From Lama guanicoe (Eukaryota), in NCBI GenBank assembly GCA_013239625.1, contig MU054338.1:3743371-3807370 (forward strand): a DNA stretch of 64,000 nucleotides, read 5' to 3'. Of this stretch, positions 45,701-57,700 are shown one piece after another. Under the pieces are notes generated by a model. It did not search any database, was not told the DNA's origin, and saw nothing but the letters and a program-made list of their open reading frames with translations. Every line of letters starts with the position of its first letter. Position 1 is the first letter of the stretch. The position numbers and the translations under genes were made by a program.

Positions 45701-48700
45701 ATCCAAATGGCAGGCAGGACAAGAATCTGGGGACCAGCCTGGGGACATGGGCTTGAATAATAATCTAAGTATAAGGGCGTCAGCGAGGGCAGAGCAGAAC
45801 ATGGGGGAGCTGGGCTCTTGCACAGCCGGCGTTTTGGGTAAATGGTTCTTTGTGATGGGGGGCGTGCCCTGGGCGCGTGGGGTGTGGAGCAGACTCCCTG
45901 GCGCCACCCACTTGATGCCAGGAGCCTCCCAAATTGGGACAAGAACAGAAGACCACAGACTCCGCCCAGGGTCCCTTGGGGGCAGAATCATCGAAGCTGG
46001 GAACCACCAGACTAGGTAATAAGGTTGGAAGAAAGTTTGAATAACAGAGCACGAGGGACCCACACAGTTCTATGGGCCGCATAGGTAACCGCCGACCCAT
46101 GATTTCTTTTCTTGCTCAAGCTTCAGTATTCCTCTCTCAGGCCATGTTCAGCTACTCAGACTACCCCCTGAACCTCGATTTCGGGCTGCCCTTTGACTAC
46201 AACGGGACTCTTGACATCCTCATCGCCCCGGGCCAGAAGGGCATCCTCATCTTCTGGTGTGAGAAAAGCCTGCTGGTTTCTCAGAATGCAGGTGAGCGAG
46301 GCCCAGCCTTGGGGCTGCCTCCCTGGGTGGGGGCTGGGGGTGGGGAGCACAAGCCGTCCTCTCACTCTCCCCTGACTTGAGTGGACAATGACAAGCCCAT
46401 CCTTGATTTGTCGTCTTCACTGTGTCCCTATTTCCCGCCTCCTGGGATCTTTAGGGCCCGGTAGGCAGGTTCTGCAAGTCACCAGATGCCTAGGGCAGAG
46501 GGGCCAAGTCCAGGAGCTGCAGATCTTGTTTGCAGGCCTAGGACGTGTGAGCCCCAGCCCGCCTAAGGAGGGGAGTGAAAGGCAGCCCCCCAGGAGGAGG
46601 TGCTCTGAGGGACCTCTGGGCACAGGGGTGGCTGCCAGAGCACCTACAGTCACAACCCACTCCCCAACACCCATCAAGCCGCTTGAATAGGGCTGTTTCC
46701 TTCCAACGCAAGGAAACGGCTCAGGGCTGACCTGGCCCATGTGGGGAATCCATTCCAGAAAGAAAACTCTGATTCCTCCCACGCTACCCTTATAATAAAA
46801 GGCACCCCACAGTGTTCACCCAATATCCAGCCCATTCCTCAGAGCTCTCACATCAAGGAGACGTATGGGGGCCACATTTTTAAAACTTACTACATTCCGG
46901 GGTAGGGGAGGTGGTATAGCTCAGTGGTAGAGCACATGCTTAGCATACAGGAAGTCCTGGGTTCAATCCCCAGTACCTCCATTAAAAAAATAAAATAGAT
47001 AATAGAAAAAAACCTAATGTGTTCCATGGGATGTCTTGCAACTTTGTATCTCATGACTATTTTCCTTGGTTCTTTATCATTAGAGTCATGAACTGAAGGG
47101 CCCGGTGGGTGGCAGAGGAATCCCCTTCCCAGCCCTCACCCAGGTCTCATGATTTGCCCTGTTACCTCCTAGGTCAGCTGGTCAACCCTGTCCAGGTGCG
47201 AGAAGGACAGCACATCTTGTATTCTTCCATCTCTGAAGCCAACATCAGCGTCCACAGCGTTGCTGCCAGTGCGTGCCTGACCTGCGGGTAGCTTTCTAGA
47301 AGTATTTTAGACCTGACTTATTCACCACTGACCCACTAGGTCTAGCCCAGCCAAAACACAAACCAAACATGGTTATTACAGATTCCGGTATGACTCCGAG
47401 CAGAAGCGCCTGTGCCTTCTTACAATGCAGTGGAATGTCAATTGGATCTTGTTTTCTGGGGCTACAGTAACAAAGCACCGCAAACTGGGTGACTCAGAGC
47501 AACAGACATTTGTTGTCTTCTAGCCTGGAGGCCAAAAGTCCAAGATCAAGGTGTCGGCAGGGCCGGTTCCTTCGGGGGCCTCCCTCCTCGGCTTGCCGAT
47601 GGCCATCTTCCCCTTGGGTCTCCCCATCATCTTCCCTCTCCCTCTGTGTGTGTCTGTGCCCAAATTTCCCCTTTTTAAAAGGACGCCAGTCCTACTGGAT
47701 TAGGGCCGACCCTAATGATTTCACTGGATCACCTCTGTAGAGACCCTATTTCCAAATCAGGTCCCATCCTGGTCAGCTCCTGGGGGTTAGGGCTCCAGCC
47801 TATCTTGTTTGGAGGGGACACAGTTCAGCCCATGACAGACGGCACCCCCAGGAGTTCCGTACCAGTGAATTGTTGTCTGGCTGCTGCCCTGACTGGTTCA
47901 GTCAGGAAAAATGAAACCTGCTGGTATAATTTTCCTCCTCGCACAGGTCCCGGCCTGGAGATGTGGAGGGAAACAGTGCAGCCAGCTCGGGGGTCACTTG
48001 CCCTTTAAGAGCCTGTATTTCCCCTGTCTGCCCATCACTGCATCACCTCCTCCCCCGTCCGTGTCCATTTATCTGCTAAAAATCAATTTAATGAAAGACA
48101 TGGGGAGGGTCTAGTTCAGTAGAGCACGTGCTTAGCATGCACGAGGTCCTGGGTTCAATCCCCAGTACCTCCATTTAAAAAAAAAAGTTAGAATATAATG
48201 AAAGAAAGCAATGGAACACAAATTAATTTATAATTCTACCAGTGATGCCTGGTCCTTTAAAAGTTTTGTTTTAAACATTATAAGTATAATTAAGTTCCCT
48301 TTGGAAGCTTCCTATGCTGTGGCTGGGAATGTAACTTGGTGCAGCCACTGTGGAAAACAGTATGGAGATTCCTTAAAAAACTAAAAAGAATTACTACATG
48401 ATCCAGCAATCCCACTCCTGGGCATATATCCAGAGGAAACTAATTTGAAAAGATACGTGCACCCAAATGTTCATAGCAGCACTATTTACAATAGTCAAGA
48501 CGTGGAAGCAACATAAATGTCCATTGACAGATGACTGGATAAAGAAGATGTGGTGTGTATATATACAATGGAATACTACTCAGCCATAAAAAGGAATGAA
48601 ATAATGCCATTTGCAGCAACATGGATGGACCTAGAGATTGTATTAAGTGAAGTAAGTCAGACAGAGAAAGACTAATATCATGAGATCATTTATATGTGGA

Positions 48701-51700
48701 ATCTAAAAAAATGACACAAATGAACTTATTTACAAAACAGAAACAGACTTACATACATAGAAAACAAACTTATGGTTACTGGGGAGGGGAGTAAAATAGG
48801 AGTTTGGGATTAGCAGATACAAACTGCTATATATAAAATAGGTAAACAACAAGGTCCTACTGTAGAGCACAGGGAGCTACATTCAGTATCTTGTAATGAC
48901 CTGTAATGGAAAAGAATATGAAAAGGAATATAAGTACATGTACGTATATGTATAACTGAATTACTATGCCGTACACCAGAAACTAACACGGCATTGTAAA
49001 GCAACTATAGTTCAATTAAAAAGTAATAAAGTTTGCTTGACCAGCTCCCCGAATCCAGGTACCTCTTCAGCTTCCTAAAAATCATCACTATTAGGAATCT
49101 AGAGAGAATCTTTCCAACCAGGTGATCACAACGTATATTAAATATACACCTGCTGAAAACGCATAGAGTCATCTGTGTAGCTTGTTGTGGTTGTTTTTTT
49201 ACATAAATGGTATCATATTGTCATGTGAGTCATCCTACCATTTGCCTTTTCCATTACCCATCATTTTATGTTTTATTGCGGTAACAACACTTCACAGGAG
49301 ATTACCCTCCAAACAAACTTTTAAGTGCGCAGCTCAGTACCAGCTATAGGCACACACAACGGACAGCAGAGCTCTAGAACGTCTTTATGTTGCATAACTG
49401 GAACTCTGTCCCCATTAAACACTGAGTCCCCAGCCCTGCCCCCAGCCCCTGGCCCCACCGTCTACTTCCTGTCTCTATGGATCTGCCTCCTCTAGGGACC
49501 TCCTGTGAGTGGAGTCAGACAGTGTGTGTCCTTCTGCATCTGGCTTATTTCACTGAGCATCATGTCCTCAAGGCTCATCTATGTTGTAGCCTTTACAGGA
49601 TTCCCTTCGTGTTTTTTGAGGCTGAGTAATATTTCACTGTATGGATAAACCACATTGTCTTTATCCATTCATCCACCAGTGGACACTTAAGTTGTTTCCA
49701 GAACTTGGCTTTTGTGAATAATGCTGCACTGAACACAGCGGCGGGGAAATGGAAGCCAACTCCTAATGAGATACCACCTCGTAACTACTAGGATGGCAGT
49801 TACCAAAAACAAAGAGGCAAATGAAAAAAACGGAGGGATACCAAGTATCAGTGAGGAGGTGGGGAGATGGGAATCCTTGTGTCCTGCTGGAGGGAATGCA
49901 AAATGGTGCAGCCGCTGTGGAAAACAGTGTGGAGGGTCCTCAAAAACATAAAAATAGAACCACTGTACAGCCTAGCAATCCCACTGCTGGGTACTGAGGC
50001 AGAAGACCTGCACAGCGTATATTTGACATGGAGCCAGCTTGAATTCCCATCAGCAGCACAGGGAACTGACCAGGTCCAACCTCGAATTGTTGTCTCTTTC
50101 CCTGATTACTACAAGTTCCCCAATCGCTCTTTCAAATTCTAGTCTCTTCCTCTACTAAACCCAGATTGCTATGGGCTCAATGTCTGTGTCCCCCCCAGTT
50201 TCCTGTATTGAAGACTAACCCCCGAGGCGATGGTATGAGGAGGCGGGGCCTTTGGGAAGGGATGAGATCATGAGGGTGGGCCCCTTGTGAATGGGGTCAG
50301 TGCCCTTATACAGGGGGCCCCAGGGAGCTCCCTCGCCCCCTCTGCCAAGTGAGGACCCAGCGAGGAGATGCCCTCTGTGAATCAGGAAGCGGGTTCTCAC
50401 CAGATGCGAAATCTTCCGCCACCTTGATCTTGGACTTCAGCCTCCAAAACCGTGAGAAACGTGTGTTGTCCATAAGCCACTGGGTCTATGGCATTGTGTT
50501 ACAGCAGCCCAGACGGACCAGGACGCAGGTCAAGCAGATTAATCATTTTCTCCCTTCCTTTTTCCTCGTTACAGCTTTACAGAGATAAACTTCACATGCC
50601 ATACATACAATTCACCCGTTCAAAGCATATGATTCAGTGGTTTTTAGACTATACACAGAGTTGAGCAACCATCACCGCAATCAGTTTTAGAATGTTTTTA
50701 CTCACAGAAGTAGTAAACAAACTTACGGTTACTGGCAGGGGAAAGGAGGTGGGAAGGGATACGTGGGGAGTTTGAGAGGTGCAAATATTAACTACTATAT
50801 ATAAAATAGATTAACAACAAGTTTCTTCTGTAAAAAAAAAATTTAACATTTTCATCACCCCAAAAAAGAAAGCCATTTTCTTTAGCTATCAGCCCACAAG
50901 CCCCCATTTCTCCCCAGCCCATGCCAACCGTCAATCTGCCTCTGTCTCAACAGAGTCACCTAGTGTAGACATTTCATGTAAAAGGAAGCTTACAACACGT
51001 GGTCTTTTGTGACCGGCTTCTTTGGCTTACCGTCTTCAAGGTCCATCGCCGTTGTAGCATGGGCCAGGGCTTCGTTCCTGTGTATGTATGTCTGCGTAAC
51101 AGCTGTGACGGTGGACCATGCTTTGTTTATCCACTCACCTGCTGATGGACATTTGGCTTGTTTCTAGTTTGGGGCTACGGTGAGTTCTGCGCTGTGAACA
51201 TTCGTGGGCACGTTTTATGCGGACGCGTGTTTCCGGTTCTCCTGGGCAGACACCGAGAAGCGTGTCCGGTCAGATGGGCACTCTGCGCCTGACCTTTAGA
51301 GGAACTGCCCACCTTCCCCAGAGGACGCTTCGCGTCCCCCCCAGCAGTGCAGGAGGGGCTCCAGCCCCGCCGCGCCCTCACCCGCACCTGCTTTTGTGGT
51401 TTTACTCTGGCCGTCCTAGCGGGGTGACACGGTGTCTCACCGCGGTCCTGAGTTGCGTTTCCCTGGCGACTGCTGGCGTTGGGTGTCTCTTCGCAGACGT
51501 ATTGGCCATTTGTCTGTCTGCTTTGGAGAAATGTCTCCTCCAGTCCTTCGCCCATGTTTTAAATGGGGCTGTTTGTCTTTTTATTACTGAGTTATTACAT
51601 ATTCTAGATACAAGCCCTTGTCAGACATGGGATTTGCAAATATTCGCTCCCATTCTATGTGCAATCTTCCCCCTCTTTTTTTTTTTTTTAAACCATGAGT

Positions 51701-54700
51701 ACACGTCACTTCCCACGTCTAGAACCATTAACGGTTCCTTTTTTTCTAAAGAATAAAGTCCGAACTTGCCAGGATGACATTCAGGTTTGTGCATCCGGTT
51801 TCTGATTCCACAGCTCACTACTGCCCTGAGAGGTGCTTTTTCTCATCTAACCCCGTGGCTCTCAGCTTGGGGACACTGGGCAGTGAGTGTCTGGAGACAT
51901 GTGTGGCTGTCAGGACTAGCAGGTGCTACTTGCAGCTTCTGGGTGGGGGCTGGCAATGAGGCTCCACACCCCACGGTGGCTAGGACAGCCCCCTCACAAA
52001 GAGCCATCCTGCTCCATGTCAACAGAGCAGAGTCTGAGAAATCCTTAGCTGTACTGGTTCCGTCCTTGCTCCACAGACACGCCTCCACTTGCCCCATCAC
52101 ATGCGTTCTTCAAGGCCCAAGTGAAGCCTGGATCTTTTTCTGCAAAACATCCTTGATTGTCTTTTTCACAACAGAATAAAAATATACATTGGACCTTGCC
52201 CACTCCTCTCGTAAACACTTTTAATGGTGTCTTGCATTCCTTGGACCCCATGTCTGCCAGACTGGAAACAACCTCAGTATCCATCCGAGAAGCATTGGTT
52301 AAATAAATTATGGTTCATCCGGACACCAGAAAACACCAGTGGGCCAACTACAGGGAAGGAAAAAATATAAAGTAGCTTGAAGAGTTCCAGTATATGATCC
52401 CACGTATATAAAAGATGAACAGAAAAGAAGTTTACTAAAATGCTAACAAGTGGTTACCTATGTGAGGGGTCAGCAAACCATGGCCCACAGGCCAATTCCA
52501 GTCCATCACTTGTTTTTGTAAATAAAGTTTTATTGGCACACGGTCCCGCCCATCCGTTTATGAGTTGTCCATGAGCTGCTTTCACCGGCTTGAATACTTG
52601 TACCAGACATCACGTGACCCGCAGAGCAGAAAATACCCTCTGGTCCTTTACAGAAGAAATTTGCTGACCTCTGGTCTGTGTGATGGAATTTGGGGTGATT
52701 TTTTTAATTTTAATTTTTAATTTTTAAAAAATATTTTCATCCATTAGAAACAACTCTTGTTTCAATCTTTTTTCTGTCTTGTTTGGTTCTTCCCAGATGA
52801 AAACGAACTGGCAGTTTTAACTCAGGAGAGTTACTTGTACTACGGCAGCCTGGGAATCCTGCCAAGTTCTCTCATCAAAGTAGGTCCTGGGTAACAGTGC
52901 CAGTGCTACACCCTTGGTGACGGATGACAGTCTTGCTCTCAAATGTCTGATCCTTTTTCTGAAGAAACTGCTCTTACAGTTAAAATAGTAATAGTATTTT
53001 CAGTAGCAATAGCGATCATTTAACACTGTTTTTAATTCATTTAACATTATTGACATTAATGTAATATTTAATAATGTAAATAGTAATTTTAGGAGTTATT
53101 AAAATACCAATCATGGGGGTGGTATAGCTCAGTGGTAGAGTGAGTGCTTAGCATGCATGAGTTCCTGGGTTCAATCCCCAGGACCTCCATTAAAATAAAA
53201 AAATAAACAAACTGATGAAGAAATAAATAACCTAATTACCTCCCTCCCCCTCTAAGTTTTAAAAATATTTTTAACATAAATAAAATTAAATAACGGCAGC
53301 TAACACTTAGCACTTAGAATAAGGTCTAAGAACCTTCCGACCACCGTTACCTCATTTAACCCCTACCATCGTCATAAGAAGTAGAAGAAAACATCTACAT
53401 CCTAAAAAAAAAAAAATGAGCATGGGCTGATCTCAGAAGTCATTTTTCTTAGTTTGCAGGCCAAAACATCCGGTCGGAAGAGGCGGTCCTGGTGTTCACC
53501 GACGTGGGCATGCTGGAAATACTGAGCCCGCTGCCTGACCCGCTCTTCCCAGCTTTTGATTTCCAGAAGTGCCCCGTGAACATCCAGGCGACTCTCATGG
53601 ACCCCCAGCTCCAAGTTGACGTCTGCAAGGTATGTGGTCGTAACTCAACCGCTCCAGTTACAGAAAAACGCTAGACTGTCTGTTTCCAAAGTGCCTTTGG
53701 ATCCACAGCGATCGGGGAAACGAGAGAAAAAAGCACAGCAGTTGTGCCACATGCCACGTTGTGTATCGAAAGAGCACCTTTTGTTTAAAATATCCGTTTA
53801 TGAGACCATGTGCTAATAGATGGCATTAGGGTTTTTTTTTTTCTTATTTTCTTTACTTGCCGAATAATATGTTAATCCCCAGCCTTGGGGACTTCCCTGC
53901 GGGTCTTTGAAATCATATGTCTGGCATGTCTGGGGATTGCTGGTCTTATGCAAAGTGCAGAACAAAGAAAGGAAGAGACAGTCAGGAGGTGGGAGGGGGG
54001 AGCAATCAATAGTAAGCCTTTATGTAAATATCTGGCCAGTAAACTGCTCTGAGAAAGATGACATCAGCAAGGAGTATTTCCCCACCTAAAAAAGACCAAG
54101 CAACTATACAGCCTAGTAAGGACCTGTGGATGAAAGCTGGAATACGCTGAGCCACAAAAACAACGCATTACTGGATAATAAGCTAAAGTATAACACAAAC
54201 ATATACAAGCCCAGAGCGGGCGGGTGAAGCTCAGCGGCGAAGCACGTGCTTAGCACGCACGAGGTCCTGGGCTCCACCCCCAGTGCCTACGTTTTTAAAA
54301 AATGAAAAAATGAATAAACCTAATTATCCTCCCCCAAAAAACAACAAAAAACCTTTTTAAAATGTAAAAAAAAAATACACAAGTCCATACCAATGTAAAT
54401 AAATGGCTGAATAAGTAAATAAAGGGAGGGGAGACATACCCCTTTTATAGGAGAGTTCCAAATAATGTAACTACATACTCTCCCCTCCAGGAGGTGGAGT
54501 TGAGTCCCCCTGGCCTTAGTGATTGGCTTTGTTTGTTTGTTTCTTTGTGTTTTGTTTTGTTTGGGGGGGAGGTAATTAGGTTTATTTATTTATTTATTTA
54601 TTTTTAGTAGAGGTACTGGGGATGGAACCCAGAACCTCATGCATGCCAAGCACATCCTCTACCACTAAGCTACACCCTCCCTGCCCCCATGATTTGCTTT

Positions 54701-57700
54701 TAAAGAACAGAGTCTGGACGGGGGGAGGGAATAGCCACTTGGCAGTGGTGGAACCTGGCAGATGCCACCTTTACCAGGAGACCAAGATTCCCAGGACAGT
54801 CGTGAGTCCTGCTGTCAGGACAGCACATTATGGTTGACCCTGTCATTCCTGGTCAGTCCCAGACCTGGAATCAGAAGCAACTTACTGGTTACCTCTCTAG
54901 GATGCCAGGCAACCAACCCACTGTTTTGCAAGTGGGGTAAATAAAAGACAAGTCACAAACACTTATCCTCCTCTCCCTTCACTCTGTTCCACTGGGCCAG
55001 CAAACAGCACAGGGGAAGGGTCTCCTTATGAAATCATTCTGGTGAATATGTGAAACCAAAATGATAGGACATCACCCGGTGGCCACCCCACCGTCGAAAA
55101 AGAGAGACAGCCGACCATTACTGGCCACTGTTGGAAGATCAGTCACCCTTTGGGTCTTGCCAATGAGATCCAGCCCTAAACTGATGGATCCAGCAGCCAG
55201 TCTGCCAAGAATGCAGGGCGCAGGGGAACACGTGTCCAACCAGGCCGGGTGAATCTACCTGTGGGAAATCTACACGTCTGACAGCCCGGGTTCTTCAAAG
55301 ATGCATAGAATCGAAAAGGAAAGGGGTGGCGGGGGAAGCTGTGGATCAAGAGAGACTTAAAAAGACAAGATGCTTGCAAACAGGCAAGACTAAGTTATAT
55401 CCTCTAGGGATGCACGCTTGGCAATCACTCTATGAAGAAACACAGGAAGCAATTACTGTAGAAGTTAGGCGGGGCAGGGTTACTTCCGGCTCTGACTCTG
55501 GGGACCTTGAGGGTCTGAGAGTGCAGGACAGTGGCTCAAGAGACAGGTGCCAGACTGGAAGGTTCTATCCCCAGGGGACCACTCACTACCTCCCAACTGC
55601 CGCTGATCACTTGCCCTGTGTTTTCGGGAACAGAGGCTTGATTTGATTGATTGATTTTTTTTTTTTGCCTTTCTAACTAGGTGGAACTTCTGCAGGGAGA
55701 ATTTGATAACAGAATGTACACCATTGATATGAACAGCGAGTTGCAGTTGAGAGCCTTGATGATACCCCGGACAGGGACATCCCCAGTCTCACTAGTAAGG
55801 CGGTCTTATCTGTTTGATATTCTGTATGGGGCCTCCCTGGCACCCTTGGCCTCACGCCCGGTGCCCACAATGTCCAGGCTCTGGAAATTCCCTGGCTTCG
55901 TCCCGGGACTCACTCACGATGTCCCCTAGAAACTCTCTCTTCCTCCTTAACGAGTGTCCCCGGTTCCAGGCTTGACGGAGGCCCTAGCTGTCCACCTGCC
56001 AGCCCAGCCTCCTTTCCCCCGCCTCTGTGCCTTTCTCCACCCTTCCTCTGAGCTGCCCCGGAACCTTTCCATAAACACCTTTTCCTCTTGGCTCAGCCAG
56101 AGCCGGCTTCCCCCCTGCAGGGGATGCCTCGGAAACGGGGTGTTCCTGGACCTGAAACCCAGGTGTCCAAGCCCAGGCTCTTGAGTGCACGTAATCAAGC
56201 TGAAAAGGGGAGTGAAGGTGGGCGGGCCAGTATCAGCATGCAAAGACGTGTCCAGCCAGCCGGGACCAGGGCCTGAGCAGGGGTACCAGGCTGGTTGCGG
56301 CTCCTGTGTCTCATCCGACCTCCCCCTGCAGGACAGACCTCTGGGCCACTCCACACCCCAGGGACAGGTCTGGGTCCTGCGGTGATGCAGCCCCAGGCTG
56401 CCTGCGGAGCAGGGCTCAGAGCCGCAGTCAGGGGTGTGGGTGAGACAGGGGCGGATCTGGGGACAGAACCGGTGACGGCGTTCGCAGAGCAAGTTCGTTT
56501 TTTTATTCTGAAGGGACCACCTGTGGGTGTGACCCCAGTGGGTGCCCCCTCGCCCCTGCGGGCGCTGTACTGAGCACGTGTCTCCCATCCCGCCCCCAGG
56601 TGATGGTGAGCAACCCGCATTCCCTGGGGCTGCAGGCCCTCATCTACGAGGACGGCTACACCCTCAATGGGAACACCAAGCACAGACTGGTGAGCCGCGC
56701 CCCCGCCCCGAACCTGGGTCCCCAGGATGAAGGGCCCTGCCAGGTCCAGGGCCTTACTGTGTCCCTTCTGACACACACCTGGAGAAGGTGCTGCAGAGTC
56801 TGGAGGGGACACGGCCCCTGCCCCTCCCCTCCCCAGGCAGGCAGCAGTCACCCAGACAGGTGGCAGCATCAGGGTGTCACACAGGAGAGCCGCAGAGGAC
56901 GTGACAGTGCCAGCCCCAAGGAGGGCGTGAGATCTGTGTTCACTGGGGAACCCAAGGCCTCAGGGTCACCCCAGGGAGCTGGGACTTGACCCCAAACCAC
57001 ACACTCACTGGTCCAGTCCTTGTCACACCACAGCTAAATAAGAGGTGGACCTGAGTCACACCCCACTGTGGGGCCCCAGGACAAAGGCAGCTTTGGGGGG
57101 AGTCACTCCCAGGAGCTTCCAGAAGCATTTCACAGGTGAGAATTGGAACCAGAGGAGGGCTGAATGACTCCCGGGTGCCTCCAAGCAACACCCCATCCTC
57201 CCCCATCTCTCCTGAACCCCGATTTCGGGGCAGCCCTGGGCTGTCCTATTGCAGTCCTGTTTTCCCTCTCGGTTCCACAGAACATTTCCCTGAGGCAGCA
57301 GCACCACGGGGGCAGGGCTGATCCCAACTTCACCTCCAGGTAAGTCATCACCTGGACCACGGCAGGTGGCCCCAAGGTGTCTGTGGGGTTCGCTTAGCAG
57401 GAGCTGGGGGAAGCAGGGCCGAGATCCAGATGCCCCCACTCCAAGGACAGGAAGGCAAGAATGATTGACTACAAACTCTTTGCAAGTGGCGGTTCCTCAA
57501 ACAATGAAACATACAATTTCCATACAATCCGGCAATCCCACTTCTGGGTTGACATCCAAAAGAAATGAGCAGGGACTCAGAAAAATATTTTTGCCCCCAT
57601 GTTCACTGCAGTGTGGTTCACAATAGCCAAAACATGGAAGCAACCCCAGTGTCCACTGACACAGGAATGGATAAACTAGATCCATCCATACAATGGACTA

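Noticed and set aside
46905..46981. tRNA-Ala(AGC) gene (and similar hits at 18080, 48102, 53115, 57718, 63802)
   Set aside because: The copies have A-rich tails, TSDs, scattered stem-breaking changes and a shared non-tRNA tail, so they are SINEs rather than tRNA genes.
51175..51756. 126-aa and 179-aa ORFs in CATSPERD intron 10
   Set aside because: They lie within a GC-shifted L1 fossil in which stop codons have been depleted; no gene signals.
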